This document shows, one piece after another, positions 54,741 to 64,000 of a stretch of 64,000 nucleotides of DNA. This DNA is from an uncultured Verrucomicrobiota bacterium (lineage in GTDB: Bacteria > Verrucomicrobiota > Kiritimatiellia > PWTM01), in assembly GCA_964610105.1 (NCBI GenBank), contig CAZSUU010000003.1:18417-82416 (forward strand), read 5' to 3'. The notes beneath the pieces are model-generated. The model searched no databases. It was not told the DNA's origin and worked only from the letters and a program-made list of their open reading frames with translations. How positions within the stretch are numbered: position 1 is the stretch's first letter; every line of letters starts with the position of its first letter. The position numbers and the translations under genes are program-made.

Positions 54741-55619
54741 ATGAAGATCGGTGTGATCGGCGGGACCGGCCTCTACGACATGCCCGGGCTTCGAGACGGG
54801 GGCGAGACGGCGGTGGACACGCCGCACGGTCCGCCGTCGGACGTCGTTTTCCACGGCCGGCTGGAGGGGCACGAGCTCTTCTTCCTCGCGCGCCACGGCC
54901 GGGGCCACCGCCTGCTCCCGTCGGAGATCAACCACCGCGCGAACATCTGGGCCCTGAAGAGCCTCGGCGTGGAGCGGGTCATCGCCGTTTCCGCCGTCGG
55001 CAGCCTGCGCGAGGAGCTGCGACCGCGCGACGTGGTGCTGCCCGACCAGTTCTTCGACCGCACCCGCGCGCCCTTCGACCGGCACACCTTCTTCGGGCGG
55101 GGGGTCATCGCGCACATCGCCTTTGGCGAACCCGTCTGCGGCGACCTGCGCGGCGCGGTGCGGGAGGCGGCGGCCGCGGCGGCCGCGGCGCAGGGCGGCG
55201 GCGGCCGCGTCCACGACGGGGGCACCTACGTGAACATGGAGGGCCCCGCCTTCTCCACCCGGGCCGAGGCCGAGTTTCACCGGCGGTGCGGGTTCGACGT
55301 GATCGGCATGACCGGCCTGGCCGAGGCGAAGCTCTGCCGGGAGGCGGAGATCTGCTACGCCCTGCTCGCCTTCATCACCGACTACGACTGCTGGCACCCG
55401 GACCACGATTCCGTGACGGTGGACATGATCGTGGGCCACCTCCGCGCCAACGCGGCCCTGGCGCAGGACATCGTCCGCCGGGCCGTGGACCGGGCCGGGG
55501 CCGCCCGCCGGTGCCGCTGCGGCGAGGCGTTGACCTCCGCCCTCATCACGCCCGCCGACCGGATCCCGGAAGCCCGGCGGACGGAGCTCCGGCCGATCCT
55601 CGGGGGGCGCGCGCGATAA
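54741..55619 (+). CDS. mtnP: S-methyl-5'-thioadenosine phosphorylase
   Basis: MKIGVIGGTGLYDMPGL..., PNP/MTAP family. Confidence 0.85.
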   Translation: MKIGVIGGTGLYDMPGLRDGGETAVDTPHGPPSDVVFHGRLEGHELFFLARHGRGHRLLPSEINHRANIWALKSLGVERVIAVSAVGSLREELRPRDVVLPDQFFDRTRAPFDRHTFFGRGVIAHIAFGEPVCGDLRGAVREAAAAAAAAQGGGGRVHDGGTYVNMEGPAFSTRAEAEFHRRCGFDVIGMTGLAEAKLCREAEICYALLAFITDYDCWHPDHDSVTVDMIVGHLRANAALAQDIVRRAVDRAGAARRCRCGEALTSALITPADRIPEARRTELRPILGGRAR

Positions 55620-55643
55620 ATCGGTTCGCCAGCCGGCCGTGCA

Positions 55644-55672
55644 TTGACACTGCCCTGCCGTCTCCCTATTAT
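55644..55672 (+). promoter_or_regulatory. Near-consensus sigma70 promoter (TTGACA-17-TATTAT) upstream of the pilus/T2SS cluster
   Basis: caTTGACActgccctgccgtctcccTATTATcc, about 45 nt upstream of the TTG start of pilB. Confidence 0.5.
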
Positions 55673-55716
55673 CCAGCCTCAGGCAGTCGTGCGCACCCGA
55701 ACCGGGGGGCAGCTTC

Positions 55717-57414
55717 TTGACGGCAAACGACGATTACATTGTTGAGATCCTGGAGAGCGTCGGTCTGATCACCCGCCGGCAGGGGGAAGAGGCGCTCCAT
55801 TCCGCCCAGCAGGAAGACAAAGACGTGGTGGACATCCTCGTCCGCAACACGGGTCACACCAAGCTGGAGATCCTGAAGGCATTGGCCACGCAATTCGGGA
55901 TGGACACCGTCGACATCAAGTCCATGGCCATCGGGAAGGAGGTCACCGATCTCGTGCCGGCCAAGGTCGCGCGGCGGTACCGCATCGTCCCGTTCGAGCG
56001 CACGGAGACGGCGCTGCGGGTGGCGCTGAGCGACCCGTTCGACGTCGAGACGCTGGACAGCCTCCGCTACATCCTCAAGATGAACGTCGAAGGCGCGGTC
56101 GCCCTGCGCGAGGACATCGACGTCACGCTCGACCAGTACTATCCCCAGGCGAGCGAGGAAATGGCGACGATGCTGCACGACCTCAGCGAGCAGTCCGGCG
56201 CGCCGGGGTCCTCGCTGACGATCGAGGAGACGGTGACCGACGCGGACGAGCCGATCATCAAGCTCGTGAACCTGATCATCCTCGAGGCCTTCCGCCGGCG
56301 CTCCTCGGACATTCACCTGGAGCCGCTGGAGAAGAAATTCCGCGTCCGCTATCGCATTGACGGCGTGCTGCACGAGGTCGAGAGCCCGCCCCGCCGCCTG
56401 CAGTCGGCGATCATCAGCCGCGTGAAGATCATGGCGAACATGAGCATCGCGGAGAAGCGGGTGCCGCAGGACGGCCGCATCCAGATCAACGTGATGAACC
56501 GCGACCTGGACCTGCGCGTGTCGGTGCTGCCCGCCAACCACGGCGAGACGATCGTCATGCGTATTCTCGACAAGAGCAGCCTCATGCTGGGCCTGTCGCA
56601 GCTCGGTTTCTTCTCCGACGACCAGCAGACCTTCGAGCGGCTGATCGCGCTCTCCGACGGCATCCTCCTCGTGACCGGCCCCACCGGCTCCGGCAAGACG
56701 ACGACGCTGTACGCGTGCCTCAACCAGATCAACAAGCCCGACCGCAAGATCATCACGGTCGAGGACCCGGTCGAGTACGTGATGCCGGGCATCAACCAGG
56801 TCCAGGTCCACAGCGACATCGGCATGACCTTCGCCGCGGCGCTGCGATCGATCCTGCGCCAGGCGCCCAACATCATCATGATCGGCGAAATCCGCGACCT
56901 GGAGACGGCGGAGATCGCCGTCAACGCCTCCCTCACCGGCCACCTCGTCTTCAGCACCCTGCACACGAACGACGCGCCCAGCGCCGTCACCCGCCTGATC
57001 GACATCGGGGTCAAGCCGTTCCTCGTGGCCTCCTCGACCCGCGCGATCATGGCCCAGCGCCTGGTGCGCCGCATCTGCCCGAAGTGCAAGGAGCCCTACA
57101 AGCCGAACGAGAGCGAGCTGCACCTGCTCGGGCCGGCGACGGCGCACGTGGCCGCCGCGGAGCTGTTCAAGGGCAAGGGGTGTTCGGACTGCGCCAACAC
57201 CGGATACCGCGGCCGGTGCGGCATCTACGAGATCTTCGTGCTCGACGACATCGTGCGGCACATGATCAACGACCAGGTCGCCGCCGGCGAGCTCCGCGCC
57301 CAGGCGCGGCGGCTCGGCATGCGCACGTTGCGCGAGGACGGCCTGCGCAAGGTCGTGGCGGGCACGACCACGCTGGAAGAGGTCTTCCGCGTGACCATGG
57401 GGGACAAAGACTGA
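55717..57414 (+). CDS. pilB: Type IV pilus assembly / type II secretion ATPase (GspE/PilB family), paralog 1, TTG start
   Basis: Walker [10 protein letters not shown], Asp box, His box, tetracysteine CPKCK...CSDC, N-terminal GSPII_E_N-like domain. No in-frame ATG upstream of the first conserved block. Confidence 0.9.
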   Translation: MTANDDYIVEILESVGLITRRQGEEALHSAQQEDKDVVDILVRNTGHTKLEILKALATQFGMDTVDIKSMAIGKEVTDLVPAKVARRYRIVPFERTETALRVALSDPFDVETLDSLRYILKMNVEGAVALREDIDVTLDQYYPQASEEMATMLHDLSEQSGAPGSSLTIEETVTDADEPIIKLVNLIILEAFRRRSSDIHLEPLEKKFRVRYRIDGVLHEVESPPRRLQSAIISRVKIMANMSIAEKRVPQDGRIQINVMNRDLDLRVSVLPANHGETIVMRILDKSSLMLGLSQLGFFSDDQQTFERLIALSDGILLVTGPTGSGKTTTLYACLNQINKPDRKIITVEDPVEYVMPGINQVQVHSDIGMTFAAALRSILRQAPNIIMIGEIRDLETAEIAVNASLTGHLVFSTLHTNDAPSAVTRLIDIGVKPFLVASSTRAIMAQRLVRRICPKCKEPYKPNESELHLLGPATAHVAAAELFKGKGCSDCANTGYRGRCGIYEIFVLDDIVRHMINDQVAAGELRAQARRLGMRTLREDGLRKVVAGTTTLEEVFRVTMGDKD

Positions 57415-58511
57415 TGACACTGCGCGCGGCTGAGATCCAGATGGACGACCTGCTGGGGCTGGTCGTGGATGAAGGCGCCTCCGACCTGCATCTCTCGGTG
57501 GGCAATCCGCCGGTGCTCCGCATTCACGGCTCGCTTCAACCGCTCGATTCGGAGACCCTGGCGCCCGAAGACACCGAACGCCTGATGCGGGCGATCACCT
57601 CCGAGGAGAACATCCAGCGGACGCGCGAGCACGGCGGGTGCGACTTCGGGTTCGGCTTCGGCAAGCGGGCCCGTTTCCGCGTGAGCGTGTTCAAGCAGAA
57701 GGGGTACTTCGGCATCGTCCTCCGCCAGATCCCGTCGAAGATGCTGTCCCTCGAGGAGATCGGCCTCCCGGCGCAGATCAAGGAACTCCTGTACACGCCG
57801 CGCGGCATGGTGCTCGTCACCGGCCCCACCGGTTCGGGCAAGACCACGACCCTGGCGAGCATGATCAACATCATCAACGAGACCCGCGACTGTCACATCG
57901 TGACCGTCGAGGACCCGATCGAGTATTACCACGAGCACAAGAAGTCCATCGTCACGCAGCGCGAGATCAGTGTCGACGTCCCGTCCTTCAGCGAGGCGCT
58001 GCGCCGCGCCCTGCGCCAGGACCCGGACGTGGTGCTCGTCGGCGAAATGCGCGACCTCGAGACGATGGAGGCGGCGATCACGGCGGCGGAGACCGGCCAT
58101 CTCGTCTTCGCCACCCTGCACACGACGGGCGCCGCGCGCACCGTCGACCGCATCGTCGACGCGTTTCCCACGGACCAGCAGGAGCAGATCCGCACCCAGC
58201 TCTCCGCCACGCTCAAGGCCGTGATCTCGCAGCTGCTGCTCCCGCGCATCGACAAGAAGGGCCGCGTGGCGGTGTTCGAGGTCATGATCGTGACCCCGTC
58301 CATCCAGGCCCTGATCCGCGACAACAAGACCTTCCGCATCACCTCCGACATCCAGACGGGGGGGCGCCTGGGAATGTTCACCCTCGACGACCACCTCTTC
58401 AGCCTCTATCAGCAGGGCATCCTCGCCTACGAAGAGATGATCACGAAGGCGGAGGACAAGGACGTCCTTCTCCAGAAAATCGCCTCGCTCGACAAACAGC
58501 GGAAACGGTAG
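57414..58511 (+). CDS. pilT: Twitching-motility (retraction) ATPase PilT
   Basis: [30 protein letters not shown]-like ALIRDNK. ATG 57414 overlaps the pilB TGA; an alternative start is MDDLLGL at 57441. Confidence 0.9.
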   Translation: MTLRAAEIQMDDLLGLVVDEGASDLHLSVGNPPVLRIHGSLQPLDSETLAPEDTERLMRAITSEENIQRTREHGGCDFGFGFGKRARFRVSVFKQKGYFGIVLRQIPSKMLSLEEIGLPAQIKELLYTPRGMVLVTGPTGSGKTTTLASMINIINETRDCHIVTVEDPIEYYHEHKKSIVTQREISVDVPSFSEALRRALRQDPDVVLVGEMRDLETMEAAITAAETGHLVFATLHTTGAARTVDRIVDAFPTDQQEQIRTQLSATLKAVISQLLLPRIDKKGRVAVFEVMIVTPSIQALIRDNKTFRITSDIQTGGRLGMFTLDDHLFSLYQQGILAYEEMITKAEDKDVLLQKIASLDKQRKR

Positions 58512-58520
58512 GACCAGGTC

Positions 58521-60257
58521 ATGGCCGAGAATCCCAGTGAAATGCGGGCATCCGAAGCGAAGGACTATCTGCTGCAGCAGGTCCTGGCGGAGGGCATCAT
58601 CACGGCGGAAGTTGCCGGCGAGGTCATGGAGGAGCACAAGCGCACGGGCAACCCGGTGCGCGAGCTCCTGGTCGACATGGAGATCATGACCGAGGACGAG
58701 CTGCTGGACTTCATCGCCCGGCAGATGGGCACCTACGTGATCGACCTGGTCTCGCAGCCGCCCGACCGCGAGCTCGCCAAGCTGATCCCGGCCAGCGCGG
58801 TCCGCATGTACAACGTCGTCCCCGTCGAGGGCGAGGGCAACGCCATCACCCTGGCGACCGCCGACCTGCTCAGCCCGGAGGTCATCGACGAGCTGGTGTT
58901 CGTGCTCACGCGCGACATCAGCTACGTCATCGCGAAGTCGAGCGACATCCGGCACGTGATCAAGGACCTGTACGGCGACGTCAAGGACTCGGTCGGCGAC
59001 ATGCTCTCCCAGCTCGAGGCCGAGCTGCAGGAGGCGGGCGACATCCTGGACTACAACCGCGCCAAGGCGGGCGACGTGATCGACCTGGAGCAGATCGCCA
59101 ACCAGGCCCCCGTGGTCCGGTTCGTCAACCTGGTGCTGTACCAGGCCGTGCAGGACCGCGCCTCGGACATCCATTTCGAGCCGTTCGAGAACGAGTTCAA
59201 GATCCGGTACCGGGTGGACGGCGCCCTCTACGAGATGGCCCCCCCGCCGAAGCAGCTCGCCCTGCCGGTCATCTCCCGCGTGAAGGTCATTTCCGGCCTG
59301 AACATCGCGGAACGCCGCCTCCCGCAGGATGGCCGCATCAAGCTCACCATCGCGGGCCGGACGATCGACTTCCGCGTTTCCACCCTGCCCACCCAGTTCG
59401 GCGAGAGCGTGGTGCTGCGTATTCTCGACCAGAGCACGGTCCAGCTCGACCTGGAGAACATCGGCCTGCCGGACGACATCTACGAGACGCTGACGTTCGA
59501 CATCAGCAAACCCAACGGCATCATCGTGGTGACGGGCCCCACGGGGTCCGGGAAGACGACGACCCTCTATGCCGCGCTGAAACGGTTGAACACCATCCAG
59601 GACAAGCTGCTGACGGCGGAGGATCCCGTCGAGTACGACATCGAAGGGATCATGCAGATCCCGGTCCACGAGGGCATCGGCGTCACGTTCGCCCGCATCC
59701 TCCGGTCCTTCCTGCGCCAGGATCCCGACATCATCCTCGTCGGCGAGATCCGCGACAAGGAGACGGCCGAGATCGCCATCCAGGCCTCGCTCACCGGCCA
59801 CCTGGTGTTCAGCACCCTGCACACCAACGACGCGGCCGGCGCCATCACCCGCCTCATCGACATGGGCGTGGAGCCGTTCCTCATCGCGTCCACCATGGAG
59901 GCCATCCTCGGCCAGCGCCTCGTGCGGACCATCTGCCCCCACTGCAGGCAGTCCTACCAGCCCGAGAAGGACGTGCTGGACATGCTGAACCTCAAGCCCG
60001 ACCAGGTCGGCGATCGTCCCTTCCACTTCGGCGCCGGCTGCAAGCAGTGCAACGACACCGGCTACCGCGGCCGGCGGGGCATCTTCGAGTACCTGCGCAT
60101 GACCGAGCCCGTGCAGGCGCTCATCAACCAGCGCAAACCCACCCTGGTGATCCGCGACAAGGCGGTGGAGATGGGCATGCGCACCCTGCGCGAGGACGGC
60201 ATCCGCTGTATTCTGGACGGCTACACGACCGTCGAGGAAATTTTGAAGTATACTTAG
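58521..60257 (+). CDS. GspE/PilB-family secretion ATPase, paralog 2
   Basis: 578 aa, same motif set as paralog 1 ([15 protein letters not shown]...CKQCNDTGY); about 45% identity by eye. Confidence 0.9.
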   Translation: MAENPSEMRASEAKDYLLQQVLAEGIITAEVAGEVMEEHKRTGNPVRELLVDMEIMTEDELLDFIARQMGTYVIDLVSQPPDRELAKLIPASAVRMYNVVPVEGEGNAITLATADLLSPEVIDELVFVLTRDISYVIAKSSDIRHVIKDLYGDVKDSVGDMLSQLEAELQEAGDILDYNRAKAGDVIDLEQIANQAPVVRFVNLVLYQAVQDRASDIHFEPFENEFKIRYRVDGALYEMAPPPKQLALPVISRVKVISGLNIAERRLPQDGRIKLTIAGRTIDFRVSTLPTQFGESVVLRILDQSTVQLDLENIGLPDDIYETLTFDISKPNGIIVVTGPTGSGKTTTLYAALKRLNTIQDKLLTAEDPVEYDIEGIMQIPVHEGIGVTFARILRSFLRQDPDIILVGEIRDKETAEIAIQASLTGHLVFSTLHTNDAAGAITRLIDMGVEPFLIASTMEAILGQRLVRTICPHCRQSYQPEKDVLDMLNLKPDQVGDRPFHFGAGCKQCNDTGYRGRRGIFEYLRMTEPVQALINQRKPTLVIRDKAVEMGMRTLREDGIRCILDGYTTVEEILKYT

Positions 60258-60272
60258 TTGGGGGCCATCATC

Positions 60273-61550
60273 ATGCCGACCTTCGTCTATATCGCGAGCG
60301 ATGCCAAGGGCAAGGAGACCCGGGGCACGGTCGATGCCGAGAACCAGAACGCCGCCATCGGGCGCCTGCGCGAGAAGGGGCTCTTCCCGACGCAGATCGC
60401 CGAGGCGACCGCCGCGGGAAAAGCCGGAACGCCCCGCGCGCCCACGAAGGGGCAGGGGCTGAAGAGGGAGATCAAGCTGCCGACCATCGGGGGGCGGCGG
60501 GTGAAGACCAAACAGTTGATGGTCGTCACGCGCCAGCTGGCCACGCTGATCGACGCCGGGCTTCCCCTGCTCCGCGGCCTGCAGGTGCTCCACCGGCAGG
60601 AGAAGGCGCCGGGGCTGAAGAGGGTCCTGGCCGATCTCGCCGAATCGATCCAGTCCGGCAGCACCCTGGCCGAGGCGATGTCGCACCACCCCAAAGTCTT
60701 CAACAAGCTCTACGTCAACATGGTGAAGGCCGGCGAGGTCGGCGGCGTGCTGGACGTGGTGCTCGTCCGCCTGGCGGAATTCATGGAGAAGATGCAGAAG
60801 ATCCGCAACAAGGTCGTCAGCGCCATGACCTACCCCGCCGTCGTCCTGTGCGTCGCGCTGGCGATCATGTACTTCCTGCTGACCAACATCGTGCCGAGAT
60901 TCCGGGATATCTTCACCGACCTTCTGGGCAGCGAGGACAAGATGCCGGCGCTGACCAAGTACGTGATGAGGACGAGCACCGCCATCGCCTCCAACACCCC
61001 GCTGGTGATCGGCGGCATTGTGGCGCTCGTGGTCCTGGTCAAGCTCCTGGGCAAGACGAAGGCCGGACGGGCCGGCATCGACAAGTTCAAGCTCCGGCTG
61101 CCCATCTTCGGCGAGCTGCTGCACAAGACCGGCATCGCGCGCCTCACGCGGACCCTGGGCACCCTTCTTTCCTCCGGCGTTCCCATCCTGCAGGCGCTGA
61201 CCATCGTCCGGGAGACGGCCGGGAACGAGGTCATCGCCCGCGGCGTCGGCCTGGTCCACGACAGCGTGAAGGAGGGCGAGAACATCGCCCCGCCGATGGA
61301 GGCGTCGCGCATCTTCCCGCCCATGGTGATCGGCATGGTGGAGGTCGGCGAGGAAACCGGCAAGCTGCCCGACATGCTCATGCGCATCGCGGACACGTAC
61401 GACGATGAGGTCGACAACACCGTCGCCGCCCTGAGCTCCATCATCGAGCCCTTGCTGATCGTGGGCCTCGCGATCATGGTCGGCACCATCGTCGTCTCGC
61501 TGTTCCTCCCGATGATCAGCATCATCGGCGGCCTGAGCGCCCAGAGCTGA
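60273..61550 (+). CDS. pilC: Type IV pilus / T2SS inner-membrane platform protein (PilC/GspF)
   Basis: MPTFVYIASDAKGKETRG canonical start, two GspF repeats, three TM helices. Confidence 0.9.
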   Translation: MPTFVYIASDAKGKETRGTVDAENQNAAIGRLREKGLFPTQIAEATAAGKAGTPRAPTKGQGLKREIKLPTIGGRRVKTKQLMVVTRQLATLIDAGLPLLRGLQVLHRQEKAPGLKRVLADLAESIQSGSTLAEAMSHHPKVFNKLYVNMVKAGEVGGVLDVVLVRLAEFMEKMQKIRNKVVSAMTYPAVVLCVALAIMYFLLTNIVPRFRDIFTDLLGSEDKMPALTKYVMRTSTAIASNTPLVIGGIVALVVLVKLLGKTKAGRAGIDKFKLRLPIFGELLHKTGIARLTRTLGTLLSSGVPILQALTIVRETAGNEVIARGVGLVHDSVKEGENIAPPMEASRIFPPMVIGMVEVGEETGKLPDMLMRIADTYDDEVDNTVAALSSIIEPLLIVGLAIMVGTIVVSLFLPMISIIGGLSAQS

Positions 61551-61686
61551 CGGCGGCGGGCACGGGCGCACGGACGGGTGCGCGCGGGCCCGTCCGGGAC
61601 GGCGGCCGCCCGGAGGTCGCCGAGGAGTCGGAGCGTGGTTTGTCCGGGTTTGTGTTTGATCGTATACTTGGTACGGAGAGCGCGCC

Positions 61687-62241
61687 ATGAAACGATGTCG
61701 ACCGGATCGCAAGGCGTTTACGTTGATCGAGCTGCTGGTGGTGATGGGCATCATCGGCATCCTGATTGCCCTGCTCTTCCCCGCGGTGAAGGCCATCCGG
61801 TCCGCCGCCATGAAGGCCGAGGCCCAGCACGGGGTCAAGTCCCTGGAGACGGCCATCAAGTCATACCTGGTGGACTACGGCCGGTATCCGCTACAGGTCT
61901 CCGGCACGGAGGCCCAGCATTTGTACACGGTGGGCGAGTACGCTCAGCTCGTCAATGCCCTGAGAGGCATTCACACCGAGCAGGCGAGGAGGGACAACCC
62001 CAAGAAGACCGTCTACCTGGACCTCGCCGAGAACAAGCTTCTGGACGGCCGGATGGTCGACCCCTGGGATCAGCCGTACCAGGTGTGCGTGGATTACGAT
62101 CAGGACAATCAGATCACCATCGCACCGCGGCAGAGCGAGATCGTACGGGGTCACAGTGTCGTGGTGTGGTCGATGGGCGAAGACAAGCTCTCGACGACCG
62201 CATCGAATCGCCTGGACGACATCATCTCGTGGGGCAACTGA
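61687..62241 (+). CDS. Pseudopilin / type IV pilin-like protein
   Basis: Prepilin N-terminal methylation motif KAFTLIELLVVMGIIGIL. Confidence 0.8.
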   Translation: MKRCRPDRKAFTLIELLVVMGIIGILIALLFPAVKAIRSAAMKAEAQHGVKSLETAIKSYLVDYGRYPLQVSGTEAQHLYTVGEYAQLVNALRGIHTEQARRDNPKKTVYLDLAENKLLDGRMVDPWDQPYQVCVDYDQDNQITIAPRQSEIVRGHSVVVWSMGEDKLSTTASNRLDDIISWGN

Positions 62242-62284
62242 GCGGGCGCGGTCAAGGGGCCATCAACCGACTGGGAAGGCAGGG

Positions 62285-62968
62285 ATGAAAGCGGATACAC
62301 GAGGGCGGAAGCGTCGGCGGGGGTTCACGATGGTGGAACTCCTCGTGGTGATCGGCATCCTCGGCATGCTGCTGGGCATCGTCACGATCGGGTGGAACGC
62401 CATCGCGGCCGGAAGCAAGGTCCAGTCGGCGGTCATCCAGCTCCGCGGGACCATCAGCTGGGCGCGCCAGTACGCGATCACGCACAGGGACAAGGTGTAC
62501 ATCGTCTTCCCCGAGCTGTCCCCGAATACGATCTACCCGACGTACCCCGCGACCAACTGGGCCAACATCATGCCCTACCAGGCCTACTCCGTATTTGTTC
62601 CGGGCAAGGGCTATATCCGCGAGTGGCAGTTCCTGCCCAAGGGCGTCGTCTTCGATCCCACGTATGTGGCGACCACAGAACATCTGAAGGAGAGGGCGGG
62701 CATCAATGTGTTCAGCAAGACGGAATACACGCGATTCACCGTCGCCCAGCCCGGGACCACCAACGTCGCGCCACCTGAACTGGCCTGCATTGCGTTCCTG
62801 CCGAACGGACGGTTGAACCAGCTCGGCGGCACCGAGGTGGGCCTGTATCTGCGGGAGGGATCGGTCAACGAGGCCATTCCGGGCCCGCCGCTGTTCGTGC
62901 CGAGCCGCACGGTCTACTGCCTCAGTATCCGGCCGCTGACCGGCCAGATCCGTTTGTGGGAGTTCTGA
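62285..62968 (+). CDS. Pseudopilin
   Basis: RRGFTMVELLVVIGILGML prepilin motif; start ATG 62285. Confidence 0.75.
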   Translation: MKADTRGRKRRRGFTMVELLVVIGILGMLLGIVTIGWNAIAAGSKVQSAVIQLRGTISWARQYAITHRDKVYIVFPELSPNTIYPTYPATNWANIMPYQAYSVFVPGKGYIREWQFLPKGVVFDPTYVATTEHLKERAGINVFSKTEYTRFTVAQPGTTNVAPPELACIAFLPNGRLNQLGGTEVGLYLREGSVNEAIPGPPLFVPSRTVYCLSIRPLTGQIRLWEF

Positions 62969-62969
62969 C

Positions 62970-63485
62970 ATGAAGACGATGCGTCGGGGCCGCAGAGGAT
63001 TCACCCTCATCGAGGTGGCCATGGCCATGCTGGTCGTCAGCGTGGGCATCATGGCGGCCTTCGCGATGTTCCCGCAGGGGCTCGACCAGGGTAAGGCCGC
63101 GGTCGAGGACACGCAGGCCGCCCAGTTCGCGGAATGGGTGTTCGACGGATACCGCGGCTTGTCGACCCGCTACGCGTGGTCCCTCTGGCCCACCGCACCG
63201 GTCCAGCTGCCCGGCGCCGCCAATTTCAACTCCGCGCAGACGACGCCCTGGGTGAGGGCAAGCGTGAATTCGAACATCGTCACCGTCTTCCGCGCGTTCC
63301 GCCAGGTCAGCGAGTCGACGGCGGGTATCGACGCGCGCGAGATAGCGCTTCGCTACAATCTCGCGCTGGACAGGGGGAATCGATCCGTCGGCTTGACGCT
63401 GCGCGTATGGCCGGGAGAGTACGGCAACACGGACGCCACGAACGCCGTCATGTTCTACACGGAAATACTCAATACCAGCTTATGA
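62970..63485 (+). CDS. Pseudopilin
   Basis: RRGFTLIEVAMAMLVVSVGIMAAF prepilin motif. Confidence 0.75.
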   Translation: MKTMRRGRRGFTLIEVAMAMLVVSVGIMAAFAMFPQGLDQGKAAVEDTQAAQFAEWVFDGYRGLSTRYAWSLWPTAPVQLPGAANFNSAQTTPWVRASVNSNIVTVFRAFRQVSESTAGIDAREIALRYNLALDRGNRSVGLTLRVWPGEYGNTDATNAVMFYTEILNTSL

Positions 63486-64000
63486 GTACTCGCATGCACT
63501 CCCGCAAACGTCCCGGAGGTGGAACCGCCGGCTTCTCGCTGGTGGAAGTCCTCGCCGCCATGACCGTGCTCTCGGTCATGGTCCTCCTCGTGGCCCGTCT
63601 TTTCACGGACAGCACCAACGCGTGGAAGGCGGGGATGTCACGGTCGGAGAACTGCCTGAACGCGCGCACGTCGCTCGAGTTCATGGCGCGCGAGCTCTCG
63701 CAGGCCCTGGCGGACGACATTCTCACCCTGGTCGTCGAGACGGCGAGTCAGCCGGACCTGTATGGCACCAAGGCCAGCGACGCCATCAGCTTCGTGTCTC
63801 TCAACCACATGGCGGAATGCCGCGACAGCGGCAGAAACCCGTATCGCGATGTCCAGCAGATCCGATACGGCGTGCAGGACGCGGGCGACGGGCGCTACCT
63901 GCTCAGGCGCTACGTGACCGAGAACGAGAGCGTCCAGTACTTCACCTGTTATCAGACGCCGACATGGTGGTCGTCGATGAGCAACGCCTATCCCAACACC
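63482..64000 (+). CDS. Pseudopilin (3' end beyond window)
   Basis: ATG 63482 overlaps the previous stop (ATGA); translation MSTRMHSRKRPGGGTAGFSLVEVLAAMTVLSVMVLLVARLF. Not in the ORF track because no stop lies within the window. Confidence 0.65.
   Translation, partial: MSTRMHSRKRPGGGTAGFSLVEVLAAMTVLSVMVLLVARLFTDSTNAWKAGMSRSENCLNARTSLEFMARELSQALADDILTLVVETASQPDLYGTKASDAISFVSLNHMAECRDSGRNPYRDVQQIRYGVQDAGDGRYLLRRYVTENESVQYFTCYQTPTWWSSMSNAYPNT

Noticed and set aside
57225-61859. 1544-aa minus-strand ORF across the pilus cluster
   Set aside because: Antisense to pilT, gspE2 and pilC, which have unambiguous ATPase and platform motifs on the plus strand. Composition is Arg/Gly/Asp low-complexity.

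Overview
High-GC (~68%) bacterial chromosomal segment with a PVC-superphylum-like gene repertoire (lineage assigned by inference only): V-type ATPase operon, many TPR proteins, PEP-CTERM cargo, numerous pseudopilins, and large secreted glycoside-hydrolase-like proteins. Core genes recognised from the translations include atpE-DUF2764-atpA-atpB, lpxA, radC, hflX, miaA, lspA, a DksA-like protein, ileS, mutY, pgi, bioD, ilvBH, folB, glgC and mtnP. The window ends in a type IV pilus / T2SS-like cluster: pilB-pilT-gspE2-pilC plus four pseudopilins, the last cut by the window edge. The accessory content is mostly exported hypotheticals: two giant GH-like proteins, three alpha/beta hydrolases, a PEP-CTERM LamG-like protein and an ankyrin protein. 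Findings I rank highest: (1) an ExbB-ExbD-ExbD cluster whose TonB slot is taken by a protein with a TonB-like SxxxH transmembrane anchor and Pro/Glu linker fused to a prenyltransferase/squalene-oxidase-type alpha/alpha toroid; (2) a ~170-nt noncoding element present twice (about 80% identical), each time immediately 5' of an unrelated secreted-protein gene; (3) a strand-specific hairpin element (GCGGGC-AGGAT[T/G]-GCCCGC) present three times, always in the 3' region of plus-strand genes at convergent gene junctions; (4) a perfect AT-rich palindrome (core ATACGATCGTAT) upstream of two adjacent hypothetical exported-protein genes; (5) two paralogous ribbon-helix-helix ORFs bracketed by 77-bp imperfect direct repeats, one of which duplicates the bioD start codon region. 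No tRNA, rRNA, CRISPR array or IS element was recognised. Many very long ORFs in the six-frame track are antisense artefacts of the high GC content.
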